DNA from: Candidatus Gottesmanbacteria bacterium UBA6580
GTDB taxonomy: Bacteria > Patescibacteriota > Microgenomatia > UBA10105 > UBA927
NCBI GenBank assembly: GCA_002433895.1
Contig: DJJA01000003.1
Location: forward strand, 511,745 to 575,744
Direction of reading: 5' to 3'
DNA length: 64,000 bases
The first letter of the stretch is position 1. Every line of letters starts with the position of its first letter. Below, one piece after another: positions 18,428 through 28,958 of the stretch. The translations under genes and the position numbers were made by a program. The notes below the pieces were generated by a model that was given only the letters and a program-made list of their open reading frames with translations, had not been told where the DNA came from and did not search any database.

Positions 18428-19962
18428 AGCCGTATCTGATCGTACTGCTGTCAGCATTTGCCGCTGCTTTCTCGCTTTTTGGATCGCGGTATATTCCGAC
18501 TCACGACGGTGAGTATCATATTATCCGGTTTTGGCAGTTTTTTACCATGCTGTCATCGGGCACGCTTTTTCCCCGGTGGGCACCTGACTTAAACAACGGT
18601 TATGGTGTGCCATTGTTTACATTTCAATACCCGTTTCCCAATTACATCGGCAGCGCGCTTCATTTTCTGGGCCTTAGTTTTGTCGATAGCGTAAAGTGGA
18701 CGTTAGGAATTGGATACCTTGTCGCGGTTACCATGAGTTTTGTATGGTTGCGCAGGATATTTGGCAAATCTGCTGCGGTTATCGGTGCTATTACCGGGGC
18801 GTTTGTGCCGTATTGGTTCGTAGATTTATATATCCGCGGGGCTGTTGGTGAGGTGTGGGGTATCGCGTGGGTGATGGCGAGCATGGCAGCAGTTGCTGCC
18901 GGGAAAAAAATATGGATAGCACTATCTGTATTTTTCCTTGTGGTAAGTCACAATATTATGGCGCTGTTGTTCGTGCCGATGATAGGACTATACGCGCTTG
19001 TTAAGAATGTGGCGCTGGTGCCTGCCGTTATGCTCGGTATTGGAATGGCATCATATTTTTGGATGCCTGCGCTGTATGAACAGCAGTTTATTCAGGGGCT
19101 AAGCCCCGTGAATATTTTTGAGCATTTTCCTGACGTATCACAACTTCTTATTCCTTCATGGGGAAGCGGATTCCGGGGAGCGACGGGTGGCGGAAATGAA
19201 ATGTCTTACCAAATAGGGATTGTTCCCTTGATGCTTCTTATTTCCGCCGGTTTCCTGGCTATCACAGGACGGGGTAAACAATATAAGAAAGAAACGTTAT
19301 TTGCGCTAATCATGTGTAGTGGGGCCGTTGTGTGCATGCTTCCTGTTTCCCAGTTGCTTTGGCGCATACTTCCGCTTGCGCATTTTATTCAGTATCCATG
19401 GAGATTGTTATCGGTTGTTTTGATTATGGTACCGGTTATCGCGTCACAGGTAGCAGCGCGGTACCGTTTTGGATGGGGTATCGCGTTATGCGCAGTGCTT
19501 TTTGCCTACGGATATTCCCGTCCGGTCACGTATGAGCCGCGGACGGATAGTTACTATCTTTCTCATGAATCCCTCGCGAAAGGGACTTCTTCTCTGGGTA
19601 ATGCATTTCAGACACTGTGGTTTACTTCCGGAAATTCGACGATGCCTCGTGAAGCTGTGCTGTCTTCGGGTCTTGTGCGTGTCCGTAAGGAAGCGCCTAC
19701 GGTGTTTTCCCTCGATATTTCGGCCTCGGGTGCCGGAACGCTGACTATGCCTGTAGCGTATTATCCCGGTTGGGCGCTCGCTACTTCGGGCGATACACGT
19801 ATTGGAATGCCTGATGCACAAGGACTTCTTACCTTTTCTACGCCCGAGGGAAAATACCGAGCGGCAGTCAGCCTCCAATTAACCTGGTGGCAAATCGCTG
19901 CAATTTGTATAAGTATCCTTTCGTTGTCGGTTGCGGCCGTATCATTTATACTCAGGAAGTGA
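18424..19962 (+). CDS. YfhO-like/GT-C membrane protein, paralog A3
   Basis: Contains PTHDGEYHIIRFWQFF...LFPRWAPDLNNGYGVPLFTFQYPFPNY. C-terminal domain has VAYYPGWALATSGD and a final TM helix. Confidence 0.6.
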   Translation: MKPYLIVLLSAFAAAFSLFGSRYIPTHDGEYHIIRFWQFFTMLSSGTLFPRWAPDLNNGYGVPLFTFQYPFPNYIGSALHFLGLSFVDSVKWTLGIGYLVAVTMSFVWLRRIFGKSAAVIGAITGAFVPYWFVDLYIRGAVGEVWGIAWVMASMAAVAAGKKIWIALSVFFLVVSHNIMALLFVPMIGLYALVKNVALVPAVMLGIGMASYFWMPALYEQQFIQGLSPVNIFEHFPDVSQLLIPSWGSGFRGATGGGNEMSYQIGIVPLMLLISAGFLAITGRGKQYKKETLFALIMCSGAVVCMLPVSQLLWRILPLAHFIQYPWRLLSVVLIMVPVIASQVAARYRFGWGIALCAVLFAYGYSRPVTYEPRTDSYYLSHESLAKGTSSLGNAFQTLWFTSGNSTMPREAVLSSGLVRVRKEAPTVFSLDISASGAGTLTMPVAYYPGWALATSGDTRIGMPDAQGLLTFSTPEGKYRAAVSLQLTWWQIAAICISILSLSVAAVSFILRK

Positions 19963-19966
19963 ACTT

Positions 19967-21037
19967 ATGAATATCGCGATTAATACATTACCGCTTTCAA
20001 CTGAGCATCGCATGCGGGGAACCGGTGTATACACCAAAAATTTGATAGATGCGCTCACAAAGTACGAAAAAAGCCATTCGTATTCGTTTTTTACCCGGTT
20101 AAATGACATTCCGAAAAAAACAGATGTGGTTCATTTTCCATTTTTTGACCCGTTTTTTCTTACCCTGCCGTTTTTTAAACAGTATCCGACAGCCGTCACG
20201 GTGCATGATCTCATACCGCTTGTTTTCCCTGATAAGTTTCCAGCGGGTGTCCGGGGTAAAGTAAAGTTGCAGATGCAAAAAATATCCCTTATGGGGGCGA
20301 AGGGTATTATCACGGACTCGATGTGCAGCAAGAGTGATATTATCCGGCTTATCGGAATGCCGGAAGAGAGGGTACATGTCGTGCCGCTTGCTCCATCGCC
20401 GCTTTATACAAAAGCAAAATCAGCTGACGCGATTGACGGCGTGAGAACGCGATACCGGTTACCGCATCAATACGTGTTGTATGTAGGTGATGTAAACTGG
20501 AATAAAAATGTTCCGGGCTTGTTGCGGGCGTGGAAACAGGTTCGGGCAAAACAGCCAAAGCAAAGTGATCTCAAGCTGGTATTAGCCGGATCAGCGTTTA
20601 CGGATGCCGAACTTCCGGAAACCAGAAATATTTTGAGGGAGATTGAGGTACTTGGGATATCCAAAAGTGTCGTACGGAGTGGATTTGTGAAGAATGAAGA
20701 TATGGCAGCGTTATACGCGGGGGCAAAATGCACAGTGCTTCCATCGTGGCATGAAGGATTTGGGTTTCCGGTATTGGAGTCGATGGCATGCGGAACGCCA
20801 GTGGTTGCGACGAACAGGGGAAGCGTTCCGGAAATAGCGGGTCCGGCGCTTATTGCTGACCCGGGCGACGCCGCGGCGCTTACACGGGCGATACGTGAAG
20901 CAGTGTCGTTATCGCCGGCAAGCCGGAAGGCTATGGTGAAAGCTGGACTTGAATGGGCGAAAAAATTTACATGGAAGACAGTTGCCCATGACACCGCGGT
21001 ATCATACGAACGGGTGCTGGGCACAACATCATTATGA
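19967..21037 (+). CDS. GT4-family glycosyltransferase
   Basis: C-terminal EGFGFPVLESMACGTPVVATNRGSVPEIAG, a GT4 E-x7-E region. Start chosen at ATG 19967, which is preceded by AGGAAG. Confidence 0.85.
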   Translation: MNIAINTLPLSTEHRMRGTGVYTKNLIDALTKYEKSHSYSFFTRLNDIPKKTDVVHFPFFDPFFLTLPFFKQYPTAVTVHDLIPLVFPDKFPAGVRGKVKLQMQKISLMGAKGIITDSMCSKSDIIRLIGMPEERVHVVPLAPSPLYTKAKSADAIDGVRTRYRLPHQYVLYVGDVNWNKNVPGLLRAWKQVRAKQPKQSDLKLVLAGSAFTDAELPETRNILREIEVLGISKSVVRSGFVKNEDMAALYAGAKCTVLPSWHEGFGFPVLESMACGTPVVATNRGSVPEIAGPALIADPGDAAALTRAIREAVSLSPASRKAMVKAGLEWAKKFTWKTVAHDTAVSYERVLGTTSL

Positions 21038-21729
21038 AAACACTCTCTATTATTATTCCCACGTACAATGAGGCCAAAACTATCAACACAGTGCTTACCC
21101 GTGTGTTTGCGTTGGAATTACCCGGCTGGAAGAAAGAAGTAATCGTTGTTGATGACGGCTCCATAGACAATACACGCGCGGAATTAAAGGCGTGGGAAAA
21201 GAAGGTGACGCTTATTACATCGGCAAAAAATCAGGGAAAAGGATCCGCCGTAACGCAGGGGCTCCGCGTCGCGAAAGGTGATATCATCCTCATCCAGGAC
21301 GCTGATTTAGAATATAGCCCGTCTGATTATCCCGTGCTGTTAGCACCATTTGAAAATCCCCAAGTGCACGCGGTATACGGATCCAGATTTTTGGGTGCCC
21401 ATCTTTCTACTATGTTTGTTTACGCTCTTGGCAATAAATTTGTAACCTTAGTCACCAATATCCTCTATAACACCAATATTACCGATATGGAAACCGGCTA
21501 CAAAGCGTTCCGGAGGAGTGCCATTGAGTTTTTTGACATTAAAGCAAAGCGGTTTGATTTTGAGCCGGAAATAACGGCAAAGATTTTGCGGAGCGGCTAT
21601 CAGATTTATGAAGTACCTATATCGTATTATGGCAGGAAGTTTGAGGAAGGAAAAAAACTTACCTGGCGGGATGGCGTTGTTGCCCTCATAACACTGCTTC
21701 GTTGGCGGTGGTGGAAACCCTCAAAATAA
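21034..21729 (+). CDS. GT2 polyprenyl-phosphate sugar synthase (DPM1/GtrB/ArnC-like)
   Basis: Opens MKTLSIIIPTYNEAKTI...VIVVDDGSIDNT and carries LIQDADLEYSPSDYP, the DADL signature of the DPM1/ArnC family. Confidence 0.8.
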   Translation: MKTLSIIIPTYNEAKTINTVLTRVFALELPGWKKEVIVVDDGSIDNTRAELKAWEKKVTLITSAKNQGKGSAVTQGLRVAKGDIILIQDADLEYSPSDYPVLLAPFENPQVHAVYGSRFLGAHLSTMFVYALGNKFVTLVTNILYNTNITDMETGYKAFRRSAIEFFDIKAKRFDFEPEITAKILRSGYQIYEVPISYYGRKFEEGKKLTWRDGVVALITLLRWRWWKPSK

Positions 21730-22988
21730 TGAAAAGGATTGTCGATAAAATATCCGCGTTTGCAGCGCACCCGGTTGCGCGCAGTAGCGCCATCGTACTA
21801 TTTGGAACCACAATGGCGAACGCCGGTGCCTATGCGTATCATCTGGTAGTCGGACGCATATTAGGACCCGAACAGTATGGTGAACTGGGGTCACTGCTTT
21901 CACTCTTGTACTTACTAAACGTCCCCTCTCTTGTTTTACAGATTGTATTGACCCGCTATATAGCGGGTTTCCGTGCCAATAACGAACTCGGAAGGGCAAA
22001 AACCCTGAGTATCTCGTTTATGCGGCGGCTGTCGCTCCTGTTATTTGTGGGTGTGCTTATTATTGTGCCGCTTACGGGTGTTATAGCCGAATTTCTTCAT
22101 ATCGCTCACCCGGTATCTGTTTTCTATATTTATCTTACGGCCGCTCTGTGGTTGTTGGGTATTGTGCAGGCGAGCTTATTGCAGGGACTGCAGCGGTTTG
22201 TCCCGGCTATGGTGATATCCAATATAGCAGCGGTATTGCGTCTGGTGGGGGGAGTAATCGGCGCTACATTCGGAGTGGTAGAAACGGTACTGGCGGGGGT
22301 AATAACCAGCATTATGACGTTTATATCGTATTTTTTCCCGCTCCAGTTTGTATATAAGGCGCAGGCGCAGCCAACAAATATTACCCGGAAAGAAGTGGTT
22401 GCTTACACTATACCCTCATTGTTGTCGATGCTTGCCATAACAAGTCTTTATAGTATGGATATCATTTTGGTGAAACACTACCTGCCTCCATTTGAGGCAG
22501 GACTGTATGCCGCGCTCTCGGTGATGGGAAAAATAATTTATTTTGCATCCAGCAGTGTTTCTTACGTATTGTTTCCCGTGGTTGCCGAGCGGAAACAGCA
22601 AAACGCCGGATCTGAGCGGCTCGTGTATTCGGGCCTTGCCGCAATCGGTTTTGTTTCAGCAAGTATAACCGCAGGGTATTTTCTATTCCCGGAGTTCGCA
22701 CTTTTCTTGCTGTTCGGCGAGTCGTATTATCCTGCCGCTCCGTATTTAGGTTGGCTCGGCGTGTTTCTGTCGTTGTATTCGTTGAATTATATTCTGGTGA
22801 CGATTTTATTGGGGCTCGGGAACGCGCGTGTCTGGATGTTGGTGGGTGTTGCCGCCGTGCTTCAGGTAGTTGGGATTATCATGTACCACCGGGACATCGT
22901 TTCTATACTGACCGTAAATATCGTTGTTATGATTGGCTTGCTACTGAGCCTTATAGTATATTACCGCCATGCAGTCACAAAACATTAA
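21729..22988 (+). CDS. Wzx-like polysaccharide/oligosaccharide flippase (MOP superfamily)
   Basis: About 420 aa, about 12 TM helices, no soluble domain. Start moved to ATG 21729 (MKRIVDKISAF), giving a TAATG overlap with the upstream stop. Confidence 0.55.
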   Translation: MKRIVDKISAFAAHPVARSSAIVLFGTTMANAGAYAYHLVVGRILGPEQYGELGSLLSLLYLLNVPSLVLQIVLTRYIAGFRANNELGRAKTLSISFMRRLSLLLFVGVLIIVPLTGVIAEFLHIAHPVSVFYIYLTAALWLLGIVQASLLQGLQRFVPAMVISNIAAVLRLVGGVIGATFGVVETVLAGVITSIMTFISYFFPLQFVYKAQAQPTNITRKEVVAYTIPSLLSMLAITSLYSMDIILVKHYLPPFEAGLYAALSVMGKIIYFASSSVSYVLFPVVAERKQQNAGSERLVYSGLAAIGFVSASITAGYFLFPEFALFLLFGESYYPAAPYLGWLGVFLSLYSLNYILVTILLGLGNARVWMLVGVAAVLQVVGIIMYHRDIVSILTVNIVVMIGLLLSLIVYYRHAVTKH

Positions 22989-23772
22989 ATTGCTCTCGCT
23001 TATAATTCCGGTATATCACCAGGAAAAAACAATACGGAAACAACTCCAGAATATATTGGGGGAGTTGGCATTACTCGCGACTCCTTATGAACTTATTGTT
23101 GTCGTTGACGGCATGGATGATAAAAGTTTCGAAGAGGCGAAAAAAGTACGGTCCTCCAATTTGGTGGTTACGGGGTACAAGACAAATCATGGAAAAGGGT
23201 ACGCGGTCCGTTTCGGCATGGGAAAATCTCGCGGCGATATCATAGGGTTCCTGGATGCCGGCGGGGACTTAAGCGAATTGGGTCTTTCTATGATGCTTGA
23301 GCATTTTAAATGGTATAACGCAGATATCATTGTGGGGAGCAAGCGCCATCCTGTATCCAAAGTACAATACCCTGTTTCCAGAAAAATATTGTCCTGGGGG
23401 TATCAGCAGCTTACCAAGCTGTTGTTTGGGTTAAATGTCCGGGATACTCAGGTAGGGATGAAATTGTACCGCAGGAAAGTGCTGGAAGATGTCCTCCCGA
23501 GGTTGCTCGTCAAAGCTTTTGCGTTTGATATTGAAATTCTTGCGGTCGCACACCGTTTAGGTTACACGCGTATTTTTGAGGCTCCTGTTGAACTGGATTT
23601 TACTGGGGCGTCTAGTATCACGTCGTTAAGCGTTTGGAAAATAATACTGAACATGCTCAAAGACACGTTTGCCGTCTATTATCGTTTACGGATTCTTCAT
23701 TATTATGATAATCTCAACAAGCGTAAATGGAAGTTTGACGAAGAGCTTAATTTCCGGGTGGCAGTGCCGTAG
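22969..23772 (+). CDS. GT2-family glycosyltransferase
   Basis: Opens LSLIIPVYHQEKTIRKQL and contains LIVVVDGMDDKSFEEAKK and FLDAGGDL. Confidence 0.7.
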   Translation: MQSQNIKLLSLIIPVYHQEKTIRKQLQNILGELALLATPYELIVVVDGMDDKSFEEAKKVRSSNLVVTGYKTNHGKGYAVRFGMGKSRGDIIGFLDAGGDLSELGLSMMLEHFKWYNADIIVGSKRHPVSKVQYPVSRKILSWGYQQLTKLLFGLNVRDTQVGMKLYRRKVLEDVLPRLLVKAFAFDIEILAVAHRLGYTRIFEAPVELDFTGASSITSLSVWKIILNMLKDTFAVYYRLRILHYYDNLNKRKWKFDEELNFRVAVP

Positions 23773-23783
23773 TTATAAACATT

Positions 23784-24809
23784 ATGAAAATTGTTGTCAC
23801 CGGCGGTGCCGGTTTTATCGGGTCAAATGCTGCTCATTATTTCCTTCAAAAAAAAGCTGAAGTAGTGGTATTTGATAATTTGTCACGTGCCCACACTGAC
23901 AAAAATCTGTCATGGTTAACCAGCCACGGCGGTAATCTCACATTTATTCATGGAGATATGCGGTCGGGAGAAGCTTTGGGAAAGCTGATGCCATTTTTGA
24001 AAAAAGCCGACGCGGTGCTTCACTTGGCGGGGCAGGTTGCGGTGACCACGTCAATTACCAATCCCCGTGAGGATTTTGAAATAAACGCGCTTGGGACACT
24101 CAATCTTTTAGAGGCAATGCGGGCAGCCAAAAGCCGCGCAAAACTGATTTATTCTTCAACAAATAAAGTGTATGGAAGCATGGATGACGTGAAGGTGATA
24201 GCAAAACCCACGCGCTACGCGTATGCAGACTTGCCCTATGGCGTAGATGAGTCCCGTACTCTCGACTTCCACTCGCCCTACGGATGCTCCAAGGGATCCG
24301 CTGACCAGTACGTACACGATTACGGCAGGATATACGGGCTCGATACCGTGGTTATGCGGCAGTCGTGTATATATGGGCCACGGCAATTCGGAATAGAAGA
24401 CCAGGGGTGGGTAGCATGGTTTTTAATTGCCATAATATCCGGGAAGCCACTTACCATCTATGGCGACGGCAAACAGGTGCGGGATCTGCTTTACATCGAT
24501 GATTTGGTGCATGCGTACGATATGGTGATTGCCGCCGGAAAGAAAACAAGGGGAGGAATATATAATATTGGAGGAGGTCCCGAAAATACCATGTCGGTAT
24601 GGCACGAATTTGCCCCCATTGTGCGCGCGTTGCATGGCAAGATAACTCCGGTTGCCCGCAAAGGCTGGCGAGCGGGAGATCAAAAAGTATTTATTGCTGA
24701 CATCCGCCGCGCGAAACGCGAATTTGGGTGGGAACCGACAACATCAGTGACCGACGGCGTGCAGCAATTATACGATTGGATTGCGCAGCATACATCATTA
24801 TTTTCATAA
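23784..24809 (+). CDS. NAD-dependent nucleotide-sugar epimerase, CDP-paratose/tyvelose 2-epimerase (RfbE/Tyv)-like
   Basis: Opens MKIVVTGGAGFIGSN...VVFDNLSR. Also contains HLAGQVAVTTSITNPREDFEINALGTLNLLEA...YSSTNKVYG...DFHSPYGCSKGSADQY...DQGWVAWF...YGDGKQVRD, collinear with Salmonella Tyv as recalled from memory. Confidence 0.65.
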   Translation: MKIVVTGGAGFIGSNAAHYFLQKKAEVVVFDNLSRAHTDKNLSWLTSHGGNLTFIHGDMRSGEALGKLMPFLKKADAVLHLAGQVAVTTSITNPREDFEINALGTLNLLEAMRAAKSRAKLIYSSTNKVYGSMDDVKVIAKPTRYAYADLPYGVDESRTLDFHSPYGCSKGSADQYVHDYGRIYGLDTVVMRQSCIYGPRQFGIEDQGWVAWFLIAIISGKPLTIYGDGKQVRDLLYIDDLVHAYDMVIAAGKKTRGGIYNIGGGPENTMSVWHEFAPIVRALHGKITPVARKGWRAGDQKVFIADIRRAKREFGWEPTTSVTDGVQQLYDWIAQHTSLFS

Positions 24810-25654
24810 ATTATCTGAAACCCTCACCTAGCCAACGATTGGAAGATTATCCGCAAGCAGCTTTCGCGCTGCTATTTTCACTCGAGGATAAGCATTTTTG
24901 GTTTCACTCCCGAAATAGAGTGATCAGCCAGGCAATAGAGCGGCACTTTCCGGATCATAAAGGGAAAACATTCCTTGAGGTGGGGTGCGGTACCGGATAT
25001 GTGCTTGCCATGCTGGAACGCATGGGATTGCGGGTAACGGGGCTTGATATGCACGGGGAAGCTCTCCATTTTGCGAAGCAAAGAACCCAAGCGACGCTTG
25101 TTTGCAGCACGCTGGATAAACATAAGGCTGGCGCTAGGTATGACGCGATCGGGGCATTTGATGTCATGGAACATGTAGAAAATGACCACGAATTTCTCGC
25201 GCAGTGTAACTCGCGGCTTTCAGAAGGCGGGAAACTATTTCTGACGGTGCCTGCTGGCATGGAACTCTGGACAGACATAGATCAAGTATCAGGACATAAA
25301 AGACGATACACCCGGAGTGGCCTCATCCAGCGCCTTACCGGTGCAGGATTTACGGTAACCGATATACGGTATTTTGGGTTTTTCCAATATGTCCCGTATT
25401 TTCTGATGAAAAAAGTGGTGGGTTTCAGGATAACGTCAAAAAAAACAAATGAGTTGGCGTTGGTGAGAGAGATGCTCACGCCTCCACCGCCGATTATTCA
25501 AGCACTGCTTATGTTTTTGTTCCGGCTCGAAGAGCTGGTCGCCCGTGTGGCGACGTTGCCGTTCGGTACCTCACTGGTAGTGTCAGCGTATAAAAGTGCC
25601 AGTGTACCTCGGGATGCCTTGAAATATCCGGGTGATAAGAGTAAAAGAAAGTAA
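24728..25654 (+). CDS. Class I SAM-dependent methyltransferase
   Basis: Contains FLEVGCGTGYVLAMLERMGLRVTGLDMHGEAL...LSEGGKLFLTVP. The annotated start overlaps the upstream gene by 82 nt, so the true start is probably downstream, for example the in-frame TTG at 24839. Confidence 0.7.
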   Translation: MGTDNISDRRRAAIIRLDCAAYIIIFINYLKPSPSQRLEDYPQAAFALLFSLEDKHFWFHSRNRVISQAIERHFPDHKGKTFLEVGCGTGYVLAMLERMGLRVTGLDMHGEALHFAKQRTQATLVCSTLDKHKAGARYDAIGAFDVMEHVENDHEFLAQCNSRLSEGGKLFLTVPAGMELWTDIDQVSGHKRRYTRSGLIQRLTGAGFTVTDIRYFGFFQYVPYFLMKKVVGFRITSKKTNELALVREMLTPPPPIIQALLMFLFRLEELVARVATLPFGTSLVVSAYKSASVPRDALKYPGDKSKRK

Positions 25655-25669
25655 TTACATCATAAAATA

Positions 25670-26785
25670 ATGAATATTCTTATTTTTCACTGGCGGGATA
25701 CAAAACATGAGTGGGCAGGAGGTAGCGAGATTTATATCCAAGAAATATCTGAGCGATGGGTGGCATCAGGGCACTCTGTAACGATTTTTTGCGGTCAAAA
25801 TCTTGCCGGTAATATGCCCGGAGATGAAGTGCAGCGGGGTGTGCGAATAATCAGAAAGGGCGGCAGGTTTTCTGTATATGTTTGGGCATTTTATTATTAT
25901 TTGTCCCAATTCCGTACGTGGTGTGATGTCATTGTAGACGCGCAAAACGGTATACCATTTTTTACTCCACTCTACAGTAGAAAACCGAAGACGGTCTTAG
26001 TACACCATATTCACGGTCATCAATTTTTTGTGGAATTGCCATTTCCTTTTAATATCATAGGGTTTTGTATTGAGCATTACCTGTTTCCTCTTTTTTATAA
26101 AAAGGTGCGTATTATCGCCGTTTCTCAATCTACAAAGCACGAACTTGAGAAATTGGGATTTTCTCCGGACGATGTTCATGTGGTGTATAACGGCGTTACC
26201 GGTCATCACTCGCGGAAGGCAGATAACCAAAAGTTTATAACGCCGACCATATTATATTTGGGGCGGATAAAAAAGTATAAGCGCGTCGATCACCTTATAG
26301 AGATCATGCCGGAGATTGTAAAACAGGTTCCCAACGCGAGATTGCTTATCGCGGGGTGGGGTACCGAGGCATCGTCAGTCATAGACATATCCATGCGGGG
26401 AGCACTCCGGAAGAAAATACGAATTATCGGCCCGGTGAGCGAGAAGGAGAAAAAATATCTCCTGCAGAAATCGTGGGTGTTCGTAAACCCCTCTATGAAC
26501 GAGGGGTGGGGGATTTCCATTATTGAGGCAAATTCGTACGGAACTCCCGCAATTGCCTACAATGTCGCCGGGCTATCAGAATCTATTCGTGACAAAAAAA
26601 CAGGGCTTCTGGCACATGACAAGCATGAATTTACGCAACAAATTATACACTTGCTCAAGGACAGCTCGCTGCGTGCTTCGTTGGGTAAGGAGGCGATAGC
26701 GTGGTCACATCAGTTCAGTTGGGAAAAAACGGCGAGTGAAAGCTTACGTCTTATTACCGCTCAGAATAAGACGGCGAAGGTATGA
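25670..26785 (+). CDS. GT4-family glycosyltransferase
   Basis: Contains NEGWGISIIEANSYGTPAIAYNVAGLSESI. Confidence 0.85.
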   Translation: MNILIFHWRDTKHEWAGGSEIYIQEISERWVASGHSVTIFCGQNLAGNMPGDEVQRGVRIIRKGGRFSVYVWAFYYYLSQFRTWCDVIVDAQNGIPFFTPLYSRKPKTVLVHHIHGHQFFVELPFPFNIIGFCIEHYLFPLFYKKVRIIAVSQSTKHELEKLGFSPDDVHVVYNGVTGHHSRKADNQKFITPTILYLGRIKKYKRVDHLIEIMPEIVKQVPNARLLIAGWGTEASSVIDISMRGALRKKIRIIGPVSEKEKKYLLQKSWVFVNPSMNEGWGISIIEANSYGTPAIAYNVAGLSESIRDKKTGLLAHDKHEFTQQIIHLLKDSSLRASLGKEAIAWSHQFSWEKTASESLRLITAQNKTAKV

Positions 26786-28101
26786 AATTATCGAAAAACA
26801 TCACGGCCTTTTTAATAGCCGGTATTGTGATTATTGGCATACTACTTCGTGGAAACCAATACGCAACGTGGCCGAGGCTCGGGGCGACATTTGATGAGTT
26901 CGCTTGGGTGTGGCAGGGTATGAGCATATTAAAAGAAGGCGTGCCACGCTCGTGGTCGTATCATCCGCAGTACAAGGATCGCGAAATAATACAAATTAAC
27001 GGGGCAAATTTTATTCTCGTGCGCCCATATTTGGAGCACCCCCCATTTTTTGGGCTTGTAGCCGGCACATTTGCAATGCTTACCGGTCAATCGGAATTTA
27101 CTGATATACAACTGCCTAAAATCCGCATGTTTTCTCTGATATTGGGAACTGTTTCTGTTTTTTTCGTTTTTTGGCTTGCAGCGCTCATGTATGGTAATTT
27201 CACCGGACTTCTCGCAGCGCTCATCTATGCGATTACTCCAACCGTGGCGGTGGGATCGCGGCTTATGCAAAACGAAAATTTTTTTATACCCATGTGGCTC
27301 GGGATGCTTATATGTTTGTGGTATTACCTCAAAACCAATAACCGGAATTTGCGTACGGCAGTGGGTGTTTTGGGAGGGTTACTTATATTGGCGAAAATTC
27401 CATGGATCGCAGGAGCAATTTCCGCTGCCGGAATACTCTGGTATGTAAAACGGGTGAGTGATGCGTGGAAGGTATTACTCATCTCACTCGCGATAGGCAG
27501 CATATACATTTTTTATGGGTTTTACTTTGATAAAACCGTATTTACCGGGCTTATGGGGTTACAGCTTAACCGGTATGATATAACGTTTGCAGGTGTTTAC
27601 AGTCTATGGCTTAAGCCGTATCTTGCTGATCGTCTATTTTTGGACGGATGGATATACGGGGGATGGCTGGCACTACTTGTGCTCACTTCTTCAGTTAAAA
27701 AGCACTGGTTTTTGCTTTTCGCGGTTTTTTCTTACGCGGTGCTCTATGCCATCGGAATTCCGGATGAACCTGGGCACGGCTGGTACCGCTATCCGTTTTA
27801 TCCGTTCCTTTCGATAGCGACAGCGGTTGTCGTACGGGAATACATTTGGCCAAATCCGTTTTACCGTTTTACTTTTCTTTTGCTCGTTGGGTTACCGCTT
27901 CTTTCCGTTACGTGGGGAGTGAGTTATGGTTTTTCGTATTTTATATACCGCGGCTATATTCTATGGTCGCTTATTTCTTTCTTGCCATACGTGGCGCGGC
28001 ATAAATTGTCATCGCGGCTTACCGATGTGTCTTTCATTGCCCAATGTATTTTTATTTTTTCCCTCACCGTGTGGGCTATACTGGGGTATAATGAGCAGTA
28101 G
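26782..28101 (+). CDS. Polytopic membrane protein, GT-C candidate (GT39/ArnT-like)
   Basis: 439 aa, multi-TM, with a first loop RLGATFDEFAWVWQGMSILKEG carrying a DE motif. Confidence 0.45.
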   Translation: MKLSKNITAFLIAGIVIIGILLRGNQYATWPRLGATFDEFAWVWQGMSILKEGVPRSWSYHPQYKDREIIQINGANFILVRPYLEHPPFFGLVAGTFAMLTGQSEFTDIQLPKIRMFSLILGTVSVFFVFWLAALMYGNFTGLLAALIYAITPTVAVGSRLMQNENFFIPMWLGMLICLWYYLKTNNRNLRTAVGVLGGLLILAKIPWIAGAISAAGILWYVKRVSDAWKVLLISLAIGSIYIFYGFYFDKTVFTGLMGLQLNRYDITFAGVYSLWLKPYLADRLFLDGWIYGGWLALLVLTSSVKKHWFLLFAVFSYAVLYAIGIPDEPGHGWYRYPFYPFLSIATAVVVREYIWPNPFYRFTFLLLVGLPLLSVTWGVSYGFSYFIYRGYILWSLISFLPYVARHKLSSRLTDVSFIAQCIFIFSLTVWAILGYNEQ

Positions 28102-28106
28102 CGCCT

Positions 28107-28958
28107 ATGATCGGATCACTTTATTTTCGGCATCCTGAAATTCTTTTGGAATCACTGTCGCAAATGAATGACAGTTATACCCAAAACGCCAAAAAGCCCG
28201 CGAAAGGACTGATGCGTAACCTGCAGCAACTCTATATTTTTCTATTTGGTATTCCTGAAATCGGATTTCAAGTGCGGAGCATGTATTACCGCTGGGCGCT
28301 CAGCGTCGTGAAACGGCACATAGCACCCAAAAGGGTATTGGATGCGGGGAGTGGCATTGGGAATTATGTATTTGATATGGCGCGTATGTTTCCTGGCGTA
28401 CACGCAGATGGGTGGGAAATTGACAGGCGGAAAATGCAATTCGCGCAGCGTTTTTCAACTGAACTGAAGATAACCAACGCACACTTTTCTTACGGTGACA
28501 TTACCAAGAAGCCGAACATTGCGGGCACGTATGATTTCGTTGTAAACGTGGACGTATTGGAACATATTAAAGAGTACAAGAAGGCACTCGCAAATATTCA
28601 TTTGCTGCTTAAGCCCGGAGGATATCTTTTTGTGCATACGCCGCAAGAAAATCAGAAACGGTTTTTCCGGCAATTTGAAACGTGGGAACACGATGATCAT
28701 GTGCGTGAAGGATTTAAGCCGGACGTACTTAGACGGGATTTGGAGCGCATTGGGTTTGAGGTGCTCGCAGTTAGGAACTCGTTTGGATTTTTCGGAAGTC
28801 TGGCGTGGGAATTTAATCATTTGTTATTGGGGCGGCACATGATGCTCGCGGGTTTACTGTATCCTCTTTTGTACGTATTTGCATCCCTCGATCCGGTGGT
28901 ACGGAATAATAGTGGTCTATGTGTCGCTATTCTTGCACGAAAAAATCCTAATGTATGA
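28107..28958 (+). CDS. Class I SAM-dependent methyltransferase
   Basis: Contains VLDAGSGIGNYVFDMARMF...VDVLEHIKEYKKALANIHLLLKPGGYLFVHTP. Confidence 0.75.
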   Translation: MIGSLYFRHPEILLESLSQMNDSYTQNAKKPAKGLMRNLQQLYIFLFGIPEIGFQVRSMYYRWALSVVKRHIAPKRVLDAGSGIGNYVFDMARMFPGVHADGWEIDRRKMQFAQRFSTELKITNAHFSYGDITKKPNIAGTYDFVVNVDVLEHIKEYKKALANIHLLLKPGGYLFVHTPQENQKRFFRQFETWEHDDHVREGFKPDVLRRDLERIGFEVLAVRNSFGFFGSLAWEFNHLLLGRHMMLAGLLYPLLYVFASLDPVVRNNSGLCVAILARKNPNV

